Assembly (NCBI GenBank): GCA_051745165.1 | Contig: JBNJDU010000001.1 | Span: forward strand, 2,378-66,377 | DNA from: Patescibacteria group bacterium | GTDB lineage: Bacteria > Patescibacteriota > Minisyncoccia > Minisyncoccales > PWPS01 | Length of the DNA: 64,000 nucleotides | Direction: 5' to 3' | Shown: positions 16,460 through 25,368 of the stretch, one piece after another | Layout of the letters: each line of letters begins with the position of its first letter | How positions within the stretch are numbered: position 1 is the first letter of the stretch | The notes under the pieces: generated by a model | The model's database searches: none | The model's input: only the letters and a program-made list of their open reading frames with translations | What the model was told of the DNA's origin: nothing | Program-made: the position numbers and the translations under genes

Positions 16460-17821
16460 ATGAAATTAACAGATAAACCCATTTTGTCGACACTTTTTAT
16501 TTTGTCTTGGCCGATAATGATAGGCGAGGGGATGCAATTAATGTACAACTTAGCTGATACTTTTTGGGTTGGTCAATTAGGGTCTAATGAACTTGCTGCT
16601 ATATCACTGTCTTTTCCATTAATTTTTGTTATGTTTTCAGTTGGAGCTGGGTTTTCTGTAGCGGGAATGACCTTAGTTTCTCAACATACAGGAGCAGAAC
16701 AGGAGAAAGATGCTAATTTGGTTGCGGGACAAATTTTAGTTTTCTCTGTAATTGTATCAATATTATTCTCTGGATTAGGATTAATTCTTGGCCGGGATTT
16801 ATTAAAACTTATGGGAGCAGAACCAGAGGTGTTGCAACCAGCTTGGGAGTATTTCAGGATAATACTTATGGGAGCTCCATTGATGTTTATTTATTTCATT
16901 TTTTCTTCAGTCTTACAAGGAGTAGGTGATACTAAAACACCAATGAAAATAAAGATAATCACCGTTATAGCAAATATTATTCTTGACCCCTTTTTAATTT
17001 TTGGTTGGTCCTTCTTTCCGGCTTTGGGGATGGCTGGAGCGGCAATAGCAACGATAGCATCAAGACTTATAGCAACAGTAATAGCTTTAACAATACTCTT
17101 TACCAAAAGTAAAGGCATCCAATTAACACTTAGTGATTTAAAGCCAGACAAGGAAGTTATTTGGCAAATAATTAAAATTGGCTCCCCGGCAGCAGTTGGG
17201 ATGTCAGCTCTTTCAATAGCAATGACAGTTATGACTTATATAGTAACTGCATTTGGAACTTTTGCCTTGGCTGCTTGGGGAGTGGTAAGCAGGCTTACCT
17301 CTTTAATTAGACTCCCTTCACAAGGGCTTTCCAGATCAACAGGCGTTTTAGTGGGGCAACACTTAGGCGCTGACCAACCAAATAAAGCAGAGGAGTCTGC
17401 TTGGACCGGGGTAGCTGTTGTTTTTATCGTTATGACTTCTCTAGCATTTTTGAATTTAGTATTTGCTCCTTATATTGTCAGACCCTTTACAAGCAAGCCC
17501 GAGGTTTTACAAATAGCAGTTAAGTATTTCCGAATTGCTGGGTTTGCATATACGTTCTTAGGTATTCAAATGGTGGTTTCCGGGGCGTTGAAGGGAGCAG
17601 GGAAGACATTTGCTCAAATGTTCTTTAGAGTGCTAACATTATGGATTTTACAAATACCCCTGTCTTACTTTTTAGCACATAATGCAGGGTGGGGAGTGGA
17701 TGGTATTTGGTGGGGTATATTTTTCTCTAAATTATTTGGCTGCTTATTTTTATTGCTTTGGTTTAAAAAAGGAACCTGGAAAAATAAAATTGTTAAAACA
17801 GTCCCTGCATTTAGTAAATAA
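16460..17821 (+). CDS. MATE-family efflux transporter
   Basis: 453 aa with 12 TM helices. The N-terminus ILSWPIMIGEGMQLMYNLADTFWVGQLG is typical of MATE. Confidence 0.85.
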   Translation: MKLTDKPILSTLFILSWPIMIGEGMQLMYNLADTFWVGQLGSNELAAISLSFPLIFVMFSVGAGFSVAGMTLVSQHTGAEQEKDANLVAGQILVFSVIVSILFSGLGLILGRDLLKLMGAEPEVLQPAWEYFRIILMGAPLMFIYFIFSSVLQGVGDTKTPMKIKIITVIANIILDPFLIFGWSFFPALGMAGAAIATIASRLIATVIALTILFTKSKGIQLTLSDLKPDKEVIWQIIKIGSPAAVGMSALSIAMTVMTYIVTAFGTFALAAWGVVSRLTSLIRLPSQGLSRSTGVLVGQHLGADQPNKAEESAWTGVAVVFIVMTSLAFLNLVFAPYIVRPFTSKPEVLQIAVKYFRIAGFAYTFLGIQMVVSGALKGAGKTFAQMFFRVLTLWILQIPLSYFLAHNAGWGVDGIWWGIFFSKLFGCLFLLLWFKKGTWKNKIVKTVPAFSK

Positions 17822-17823
17822 TT

Positions 17824-17852
17824 TTGAGAAGTTATTTGTTGTGTGGTATAAT
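17824..17852 (+). promoter_or_regulatory. near-consensus promoter TTGAGA-17-TATAAT with TGg extended -10
   Basis: Read directly. It lies upstream of the terminator at 17897. Confidence 0.5.
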
Positions 17853-17896
17853 GAACCAACATGAGAAAAAGAAGTACAATTTAAAAAGGTTTATTT

Positions 17897-17918
17897 CGGG
17901 GTAATCCCCGCTTTTTTT
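17897..17918 (+). terminator. intrinsic terminator or attenuator hairpin
   Basis: CGGGG-taat-CCCCG followed by T7. It ends 19 nt before the 17937 start codon. Confidence 0.6.
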
Positions 17919-17936
17919 AATCATTTTCAATAAATT

Positions 17937-18797
17937 ATGACTACAATAAGTTCATTTTTAATAATAGCTTCTACAGTTTTTCTTTGTTTTCTATTTTTAG
18001 CTTTCATCTTTAAAAAGTCTTCTATAGAATTTATCACCTTAATGACTTTCTTAGTTATTTTAACGCTTGGATTGGGCTTTCTGAATATTGGAGTAGAAGT
18101 TCTGCCAATGGATTTAGTGTTCTTTTCTATTTCTTTATCATTGGTTTATATATTTTTCTCAATAAAAAAATCTAGAGGAGGGTCAACAGAACTAACGGAA
18201 GTGAATAAAATTGAGAAATTAGCGATTAAAATTTATAAAAATAGAAGTGAAATATTTAAAAAAATTGAGAAAAAGGGAAGTTTAGAAGATTATTTCTACT
18301 TAAAAATTGAATATGAAAAAGGAAATGTAAAGAATGAAAACTTCCAAAAAAAATACAAAAATTTTTATAATATGTATGTTTTTGGATTTACAGAAGAGTT
18401 TTATAATAAATATTTTCAGTTTTTAGATGAAGGAGAAACTGATTTGAGAAAGATATTAAATGAATTATCGAAAATAAAAGATAAAAGAGGTAATAAAAGT
18501 GTTCAATTAGCTTTTGCTACTAAATTAATTCATACAGTGGACACTGGAATGCCTCTTTATAATTCTACTGTAGCAGATGTATTTAACTTAGCGATAGCAA
18601 AAGGAACAATTGTTGAGAAAATAGAATCTTCTTTGAAAATATATAACCAATTAAAAAGTTATCACGGATCACTTGCTGCAAAGGATGAGGTTAAAAAAAC
18701 AATAATAGAATTTAGAGAAAAGAATAATTTTAAAGAGGGTATTTTATCTAACGCAAAGCTCATAGATCTCTTAATTAGAGGATCGCAGGAGCTATAA
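17937..18797 (+). CDS. hypothetical protein (3 N-terminal TM helices plus a soluble domain)
   Basis: 286-aa ORF with no confident motif. Confidence 0.5.
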   Translation: MTTISSFLIIASTVFLCFLFLAFIFKKSSIEFITLMTFLVILTLGLGFLNIGVEVLPMDLVFFSISLSLVYIFFSIKKSRGGSTELTEVNKIEKLAIKIYKNRSEIFKKIEKKGSLEDYFYLKIEYEKGNVKNENFQKKYKNFYNMYVFGFTEEFYNKYFQFLDEGETDLRKILNELSKIKDKRGNKSVQLAFATKLIHTVDTGMPLYNSTVADVFNLAIAKGTIVEKIESSLKIYNQLKSYHGSLAAKDEVKKTIIEFREKNNFKEGILSNAKLIDLLIRGSQEL

Positions 18798-18813
18798 AAT
18801 TTAATTTATTAAA

Positions 18814-18846
18814 GAAAAAAAGCCGGCTTTTGCCGGCTTTATTTTT
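18814..18846. terminator. bidirectional intrinsic terminator
   Basis: AAAAAAAGCCGGC-tttt-GCCGGCTTTATTTTT between convergent genes. Confidence 0.75.
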
Positions 18847-19306
18847 AGTACTTTACGTTGTAAATTTCCTTTCTAAACTGATTATATTTTTTAACATAAA
18901 CAGGTTTTTCCTGATGTTCTGTGTGAGCAAAATAGATAAATTTTAAGCTATTTTTCTCTTCATTTAAACCAATATAACCTTTAGCAAATACTTGTTCTTT
19001 GTAAGTTAAAATAATTTGTACCTTTTGACTTTTTAATCTTTCTTTAAAATCATCTAAGTTATTAAGAGAATTATCATAACCATTTTCCATTCTAATTTTG
19101 ACTGTTTGGATTTCTTCTGAAATCTCTTTCTTTTCTGATTCTGCAGCTTTTACATTTGTATCTTTCTCTGAAGACTCTGTTTTTCGCTCTACTTTAGTTT
19201 CGTTAGTTTCTTTAGTCGCTAACTGATCAGTTTCATTTCCAACTACTTGCACTCCCACCAAGGCAATAATTAAAAGAACAAGACATAAAACACTAATTTT
19301 TTTCAT
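18845..19306 (-). CDS. secreted hypothetical protein
   Basis: Signal peptide MKKISVLCLVLLIIALVG. AAGGAGGGG SD lies 5 nt before the ATG. Confidence 0.55.
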   Translation of the reverse strand: MKKISVLCLVLLIIALVGVQVVGNETDQLATKETNETKVERKTESSEKDTNVKAAESEKKEISEEIQTVKIRMENGYDNSLNNLDDFKERLKSQKVQIILTYKEQVFAKGYIGLNEEKNSLKFIYFAHTEHQEKPVYVKKYNQFRKEIYNVKY

Positions 19307-19332
19307 ATCTACCCCTCCTTAAAAGTGGATTA

Positions 19333-19361
19333 ATTATAAACTAGATTTTTTATTTTGTCAA
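19333..19361 (-). promoter_or_regulatory. perfect consensus promoter TTGACA-17-TATAAT (minus strand)
   Basis: The reverse complement of 19333..19361 reads TTGACAaaataaaaaatctagttTATAAT. Confidence 0.65.
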
Positions 19362-19370
19362 TATAAATTA

Positions 19371-19399
19371 TTTACAAAATTATTTATTTATTGTATAAA
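19371..19399 (+). promoter_or_regulatory. promoter TTTACA-17-TATAAA with TG
   Basis: Read directly. It is back-to-back with the minus-strand promoter. Confidence 0.55.
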
Positions 19400-19425
19400 T
19401 AGCCAATACAAAGGAGGTGAAAAAG

Positions 19426-19989
19426 ATGAGTAAGTTCTTTAACAAGATGTCTGAAATTGGAGTGGATAAGTCGGATGCTTTGACTGCAAAAAGTCTTGCT
19501 GACGAACTTGCTAAAATTCATCAGGCAACTTATCAAACTGATTGCTACATCGATTTTATAAATGAAATGAATCAAAGAAGTTTGAGATTTAACTTTCAAA
19601 CAGATAGCTATAACATATTTTTAAATAATTTATCTGACGCTGTTTCAGTAGTTGAGTTTCCAGTATCAGGAACAAGATCAACAAAACCTTTTACTAGAAA
19701 AGAAAAATTAGAAAGTATTGTTTTTCACGAAATTAGACATAGAGTGCAAGGAAGTGGAATAGATCTTTTTAATCCGAACAAAAAAATGCCAAATCGGAAA
19801 CTAGAAAAGATACTGATGATTGTTTCTACTTTAAGAAAAAATATTTTTTGGGAGAATATGATTATTTTTGAGAAAGAAGAGTTTGATGCTCAATTTATTA
19901 CTGCTGTTGCTTGTTATTATAATCGATTAAATTACCCACCTAGATTTATAAGAGACATCCTTTTTTGGGAACCTAACAAGCGCCACTAA
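19426..19989 (+). CDS. hypothetical protein with a zincin-like HEIRHRVQ (HExxHxxQ) motif
   Basis: Start moved to ATG 19426, 8 nt after AGGAGG; the track's GTG at 19417 lies inside the SD. FHEIRHRVQGSG is present. Paralog of 8684..9316. Confidence 0.6.
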   Translation: MSKFFNKMSEIGVDKSDALTAKSLADELAKIHQATYQTDCYIDFINEMNQRSLRFNFQTDSYNIFLNNLSDAVSVVEFPVSGTRSTKPFTRKEKLESIVFHEIRHRVQGSGIDLFNPNKKMPNRKLEKILMIVSTLRKNIFWENMIIFEKEEFDAQFITAVACYYNRLNYPPRFIRDILFWEPNKRH

Positions 19990-20005
19990 AAGTGGCGCTT
20001 TTATT
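19979..20005 (+). terminator. intrinsic terminator
   Basis: GCGCCACT-aaa-AGTGGCGC followed by a T-run. The stop codon lies inside the hairpin. Confidence 0.75.
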
Positions 20006-20039
20006 TTGCTTTTAATTATTAAATTGATACAATTTAGAT

Positions 20040-21032
20040 ATGAATATTAAAGAAATAAAAAAAGAATTAAGTAATTATCCGGATTATCGTTACAACCAAG
20101 TAAAAAAAGCCTTATTTACTCGAGGAGTAAATAATTGGGATGAAGTAACTGCTTTACCTGAAGATTTGCGCAGAAGGTTAAAAAATAAACATCCTCTTGA
20201 ATTTAACGCTAATTGTTTAACTTCAACAGATCAAAAAACATTAAAAGCGGCAATTAAGTTAAAGGATGGTTTGGAAGTTGAGACTGTATTAATGAAACAT
20301 GATGAAGATAGAAATACGGTTTGCGTATCAACGCAAGTTGGTTGTGCTTTAGGTTGTAAGTTTTGCGCAACAGGGAAGATGGGCCTTAAAAGAGATTTAA
20401 ATTCAGAAGAAATTATAAATCAAGTCTATTACTTTTTAACTAAACTACCAGAAGGGGAGAGAGTAGATAATATTGTTTTTATGGGTATGGGGGAGCCTTT
20501 TTTAAATTATGAAAATGTTTTAGAAACGATTAATATTCTGAATGATGAAAATGGATTTAATATTGGAGCTAGGAATATATCGGTTTCTACTGCTGGTATT
20601 CCTGAAAAAATAAAAGCTTTTGCTAATGAAAACTTACAGATTAATTTAGCAATTTCCTTACATGCAGCGGATGATAAAACAAGATCTTCCTTAATGCCGA
20701 TTAATAAAAAGTATTCACTTAAAGAACTATTTAAAGCAATAGACTACTATACAGAGACTACAAACCGCAAAGTAATGTATGAATATATTCCATTTTCTGG
20801 TTTAAATGATAAAAAGGAAGATATTGATAATTTAGTTAAATTGCTTTTAAATCGAATGCATTTTATTAATATAATACCTTACAACCCTACAGGAAGTTTA
20901 ACTGGAGTAACAGAAGAAAAACTTCAAAAGTTTAAAAATAAATTAAGACAAAGAGGTTTAAATGCAGGAATTAGGAGAAGCTTTGGACAAGATATTAAAG
21001 GGGCGTGTGGTCAATTAGCTACTGAATCATAA
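20040..21032 (+). CDS. rlmN: 23S rRNA/tRNA adenine-C2 methyltransferase (radical SAM)
   Basis: STQVGCALGCKFCATG, MGMGEPFLNY and C-terminal GACGQL. Confidence 0.85.
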   Translation: MNIKEIKKELSNYPDYRYNQVKKALFTRGVNNWDEVTALPEDLRRRLKNKHPLEFNANCLTSTDQKTLKAAIKLKDGLEVETVLMKHDEDRNTVCVSTQVGCALGCKFCATGKMGLKRDLNSEEIINQVYYFLTKLPEGERVDNIVFMGMGEPFLNYENVLETINILNDENGFNIGARNISVSTAGIPEKIKAFANENLQINLAISLHAADDKTRSSLMPINKKYSLKELFKAIDYYTETTNRKVMYEYIPFSGLNDKKEDIDNLVKLLLNRMHFINIIPYNPTGSLTGVTEEKLQKFKNKLRQRGLNAGIRRSFGQDIKGACGQLATES

Positions 21033-21040
21033 TTCAAGAA

Positions 21041-21811
21041 ATGAAAGAAATACAAAAAAGTATTTTTACTATATATAAGCCGCTTGGCATTTCTCCGTTA
21101 GATGCAATTAAAGCATTAAAGAATAAAAATCCAGAGATAAGGGAAAAGAAGATGACTTATGCTGGAAGGTTAGACCCTATGGCTGAAGGGGTTTTTTTGG
21201 TAATTTCTGGAGACGAGCTTAAAAATTTTCATGATCATTTGAAATATGACAAGGAGTATAAGGCTCAAATTTTATTTAATTTTGGTAGTGATAGTTATGA
21301 TGTTTTGGGTCTTCCAACTTATAATGATGAAACGGTCAATAAAAAAGATATAAAAACTACAATAAAAAGTTTTGAAGGTTCTTTTAAATTTAAACTTCCA
21401 CCATTTTCTGGTTATAAAATTAAAGGAAAACCTCTTTTTAAATGGGCTTTGGATGATAGGTTAGATGAAATTGAAATACCAACTAAAGAAGTAGAGATAT
21501 ATAATATTTCTATTAATGAATTTAAGACAGTTGGTAAGGATTATTTAAAAAAAGAAATAAATAAAAAATTAAGTAGAGTTGTGGGCGACTTTAGACAAGA
21601 AAAAATTAAGCGTAGGTGGAACGACCTACTTGATAAAAACATTAAAGAAGAATATATAATTGTAGATGTGACTATAAATTGTAGTAGTGGATGTTATGTA
21701 AGAGCGCTGGCAAATAAAGCTGGAGAATCAATTTCTAGCAAAGCTTTACTTTTCAATCTTATACGAACTAAAGTAGGAAATAGGGGGATTGATTCGGCAA
21801 TAGTAATATAA
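21041..21811 (+). CDS. truB: tRNA pseudouridine synthase, TruB-like
   Basis: The catalytic-Asp motif AGRLDPMAEGVFLV resembles TruB GTLDPxAxGxL. The protein is short at 256 aa. Confidence 0.6.
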   Translation: MKEIQKSIFTIYKPLGISPLDAIKALKNKNPEIREKKMTYAGRLDPMAEGVFLVISGDELKNFHDHLKYDKEYKAQILFNFGSDSYDVLGLPTYNDETVNKKDIKTTIKSFEGSFKFKLPPFSGYKIKGKPLFKWALDDRLDEIEIPTKEVEIYNISINEFKTVGKDYLKKEINKKLSRVVGDFRQEKIKRRWNDLLDKNIKEEYIIVDVTINCSSGCYVRALANKAGESISSKALLFNLIRTKVGNRGIDSAIVI

Positions 21812-21814
21812 ATA

Positions 21815-21843
21815 TTGACATATCATCAATATAATTATATAAT
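21815..21843 (+). promoter_or_regulatory. perfect consensus promoter TTGACA-17-TATAAT
   Basis: Read directly, immediately after the truB stop. Confidence 0.65.
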
Positions 21844-21866
21844 AAAAGAACTAAGGAGGGATTTAA

Positions 21867-22481
21867 ATGACTGAAAAAGAAAGGTTAGTTAATGCTTTAA
21901 TAAGCTTTTATAAGAAAATTGCTGCTGGAGTAAGACCTACTGAAATGTTAGTTTTACGGATAAGTAAAGAGAATAGAGTTGAAAAAACAGTCTTTATTCA
22001 GTTCATTAACAAAATAAACAGACAGTTAGTTAGCGAAAAGATTGATAGTAGTTGGAATATTAAGCAAAAAATTGAAGAGGTTGTTAATCCGAAGAGGGCA
22101 GTTATAGATAATTATACTAAAGCTCTAGAAGAGCTATCTGAATTAGCTCCTGATATAACTACCTTCGAAGTAGAAAAGATTATAATCAGGTATAATTTAA
22201 ACAGAGAGCAGAAAGAAAAATTAAGAAGTAAAGCGGAAAAACTAAGAGATGGTATTTACAGAAGTACAAATTTGAAAAAAAATAGATTAGAAAAAGCTAA
22301 GAAAAAGATTAGAGAAGAGTTTTTAAAGAACCCTAGTTGCATAACTAAGGAAAAAATTACCAAAATAGCAAATAATCATGGCATTGTACCGATAGAATTA
22401 AAGAGATTTTATAAAGAAAATTACAAAGAGTGGACTCAAATTAGAGAAAAAGCAAATACAATAGAAGAGCTTCTAAAATAA
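21867..22481 (+). CDS. hypothetical 204-aa basic helical protein
   Basis: AAGGAGGG SD lies 7 nt before the ATG. The gene has its own promoter and terminator. No recognised motif. Confidence 0.55.
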   Translation: MTEKERLVNALISFYKKIAAGVRPTEMLVLRISKENRVEKTVFIQFINKINRQLVSEKIDSSWNIKQKIEEVVNPKRAVIDNYTKALEELSELAPDITTFEVEKIIIRYNLNREQKEKLRSKAEKLRDGIYRSTNLKKNRLEKAKKKIREEFLKNPSCITKEKITKIANNHGIVPIELKRFYKENYKEWTQIREKANTIEELLK

Positions 22482-22508
22482 CTCCGGCCAAAGCCGGAGT
22501 CTTTTTTT
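22481..22508 (+). terminator. intrinsic terminator
   Basis: ACTCCGGC-caaa-GCCGGAGT followed by T7. Confidence 0.75.
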
Positions 22509-22564
22509 AAATTGCTGTTTTTATATTTTTTTATTTTGTTATAATTATTAAAACAAATAAAAAT

Positions 22565-23314
22565 ATGGAAAAACTAAACAAAATAATAAAATTTTTAGAT
22601 GACTACCTTCAAGTTAAAGAGGTGGATGATAAAAGTTGGAACGGTTTACAGGTAGAAGGATCTGAAGAAGTAGATAAAATTGCTTTTTGTGTAACTGCAG
22701 GAGCAGAAGTGTTTAAAGAAGTTTTGGAAGAAGATCCCGATTTAATAATTTCTCATCATGGAATATTTTGGAAAGGAGCTAACCCCTCAATAAAAAGCTG
22801 GATGAAGGGGAGAGTTGAGCCTTTAATAAAAACAAACACTTCTCTTTATGGAGTTCACTTACCTTTGGATAAGCATGAGGAAGTTGGTAATAACGCACAG
22901 CTTTTAAAAAAGCTATCAATCAAACCTAAAAAACAATTTGGTGAAATTGAAAGTGGTTATGTTGGATGGATGGGAGAAACTAATCAGGATATTTTTGATC
23001 TTTTAGATGATTTAGAAGCAGAATTGGATACAGAGTGTAAACTGCTAAATTTTGGTTCTCAAACTGTGGAAAAAGTCGGTGTAGTAAGTGGTTCGGGAGG
23101 TAAATATATTTACGAAGCTATGGAAAAGGATTTAGATTTACTTATAACTGGAGAGGAAACGGATTTAGCTGAAGTTGCTCGTGATGGAAAAATAAATGTT
23201 ATTTTTGCAGGTCATTATGCAACAGAAACTTTAGGTGTTATTGCTTTAAAGGAAAAAATTCAAAAGAAGTTTTCAGTTGATACAGTATTTTTAGATTTTC
23301 CAACAAGCCTTTAA
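22565..23314 (+). CDS. NIF3-family dinuclear metal-centre protein
   Basis: DKSWNGLQVEG, ISHHGIFW and AGHYATE. Confidence 0.8.
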   Translation: MEKLNKIIKFLDDYLQVKEVDDKSWNGLQVEGSEEVDKIAFCVTAGAEVFKEVLEEDPDLIISHHGIFWKGANPSIKSWMKGRVEPLIKTNTSLYGVHLPLDKHEEVGNNAQLLKKLSIKPKKQFGEIESGYVGWMGETNQDIFDLLDDLEAELDTECKLLNFGSQTVEKVGVVSGSGGKYIYEAMEKDLDLLITGEETDLAEVARDGKINVIFAGHYATETLGVIALKEKIQKKFSVDTVFLDFPTSL

Positions 23315-23402
23315 TAGTCGATCAAGATGAAAGGATTGAGGAGAGGTCGAACCTCTCTTTTTATTTTAAAATGTCTCATTTTAATATATAATTATTTACA
23401 AG

Positions 23403-24098
23403 ATGTTTTCTAAATTTAAAAAAGAAAATAGATTGTATAGAATAATAACTGGATTGATTTTTTTCAGTTTGATTATTGCTTTCCCAATTAGTTTATGGGA
23501 GCAAAATTGGTTAAATCTTTTTTCAATAGGATTAACTCTTTTATTTTTTGCAGTTATAGAAGTTGTTCAGGATAAGTATGATTTTAGGTTGCCTGGAGAA
23601 TTGAAGTTAATAATTTTATTATTAATTTATACGGGGATTTTTTTAGGCGGAATGAGAGATTTGTATAATAGATTTTGGTGGTTCGATTCTTTTTTACATA
23701 CTATTAGTGGAGTTGGTTTGGGATTTTTAGGTTTTTTAATTCCATACTCTTTATATAAAACAGATAAGTTAGATTCTTCTCCACTTTTTATTGCTCTTTT
23801 TGGATTTTCTTTTGCAGTCTCTCTTGGTGTTCTTTGGGAAATATTTGAATTTGGGATGGATCACTTTTTCCAAATGAATATGCAAAATGCTGAAAACCTA
23901 GAATTAATATATGGTTATTTTGATACTAGGCTTGGAGTTATAGATACAATGCATGATCTTATTTTAGATTCTTTAGGAGCTTTAGTGGCATCAGTTGTTG
24001 GATATATCTACTTAAAAAAAGGTGAGTTTTTCTTATTTGACAAATTAATTAAAAAAGTAGAGGATAAAAATCCTGAATACTTTAACAACAATGCCTAA
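23403..24098 (+). CDS. hypothetical polytopic membrane protein
   Basis: 231 aa with about 6 TM helices and a WEIFEFGMDHFF segment. Confidence 0.5.
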   Translation: MFSKFKKENRLYRIITGLIFFSLIIAFPISLWEQNWLNLFSIGLTLLFFAVIEVVQDKYDFRLPGELKLIILLLIYTGIFLGGMRDLYNRFWWFDSFLHTISGVGLGFLGFLIPYSLYKTDKLDSSPLFIALFGFSFAVSLGVLWEIFEFGMDHFFQMNMQNAENLELIYGYFDTRLGVIDTMHDLILDSLGALVASVVGYIYLKKGEFFLFDKLIKKVEDKNPEYFNNNA

Positions 24099-25356
24099 CA
24101 AATATTATTTAATTATTTCTCTAGCGTTGATTTCGCTTATAGGTATCTATTCAATGTTTAATGCTGGGTATAATCCAGAAGAAGATTTTAAACCAGATAG
24201 AAATGAAGAAACAATATTAGAACAACCAAAATTAGAAGAGACAATTCTGAAAAAAAGGGATCAGGAAAATGAAGAGAATGAAGAAGTGGAAGATAATTCT
24301 AATGATAAAGAAGAATCTGATAGTGAAGAAGTTAAGACTAGCGCAGGAGTAAAAGAAATAAAACTACATTCTGATAATGAAGTAGAGTGCTTATATAAAA
24401 TAGAGAACATTACTTCTCCTAAAAGTCTTGCTTTTCGACCTAATAAAGATGATCTTTGGGTTGCATCTTTAATGAATCGTGATTATGGAGTAGTTGTTTT
24501 TAACACTGAAGATGGAAAGCGAAAAAAAGAGATCAAATTACCTGACGGGGGAGGGGTTGAGATAGAATTTAACCAAGATGGGTCTTTAGCTTATGTTAGT
24601 CAAATGGAAACTGGAAGAGTTTTCGAAATTGATGCAGAAACTAAAGAAGTTAAAGAAACTTACAAAACTAACGGGGATTGGACAAAAGTTGTTAAGCTAT
24701 CAAAGAATAATTTATTCGCTTCTAATTGGAGTAGTAATGATATTTCTAAAATTAATCTTGAGAATAGTTCTGTCGAAAAAATACAAACAACACAAACTCC
24801 ACGCGGGATTCATATAAGTGGTGACTATTTATATGTAGCTGGTTTTGCAGATGGTGAAATAAGAAAACATAATTTAAAAAACAACACTAGCGAGACGTTG
24901 ATTTCTACAGGCGGAGCTATGCGAGACTTGTTAGGTACTGAAAATTATGTTTATGCATCTGATATGGCCTCTCAAGCCGTTTATAGAATAAATAAAGAAA
25001 CTGATGAGGTTCAAGAATTTGCAGAGACAGACAATAATCCAAACACAATTCGACTCACGAAAGAAAAAGAGATTTTAATCGTTTCTAATAGAGGAGTGAA
25101 TCATGAATCGGGAAATTATAACATTCCTGGACCAGAATGGGGAACTATTTTGTTTTTTGATGCTGAGAATGGTAAACTTCTTGAAGCGATAGTAGCGGGA
25201 AATCAACCAACGGGATTAGATGTTTCTAATGAACTATTTGCCTTTTCAAACTTTTTAGACAATGAAATAATTATTTGCAAAACACCTAATTATGATTCAT
25301 TAAAAGAAAATCCAAGTCAAAGAGTGGAAAATTATAAAAAGGAAATAAAAAAATAA
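24091..25356 (+). CDS. membrane-anchored beta-propeller repeat protein (YVTN/lactonase-like)
   Basis: N-terminal TM helix and an acidic linker, then repeated strands of the type LAYVSQMETGRVFEIDAETKEV and YVYASDMASQAVYRINKETDEV. Confidence 0.55.
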   Translation: MPNKYYLIISLALISLIGIYSMFNAGYNPEEDFKPDRNEETILEQPKLEETILKKRDQENEENEEVEDNSNDKEESDSEEVKTSAGVKEIKLHSDNEVECLYKIENITSPKSLAFRPNKDDLWVASLMNRDYGVVVFNTEDGKRKKEIKLPDGGGVEIEFNQDGSLAYVSQMETGRVFEIDAETKEVKETYKTNGDWTKVVKLSKNNLFASNWSSNDISKINLENSSVEKIQTTQTPRGIHISGDYLYVAGFADGEIRKHNLKNNTSETLISTGGAMRDLLGTENYVYASDMASQAVYRINKETDEVQEFAETDNNPNTIRLTKEKEILIVSNRGVNHESGNYNIPGPEWGTILFFDAENGKLLEAIVAGNQPTGLDVSNELFAFSNFLDNEIIICKTPNYDSLKENPSQRVENYKKEIKK

Positions 25357-25368
25357 TCTATTTTCAAA

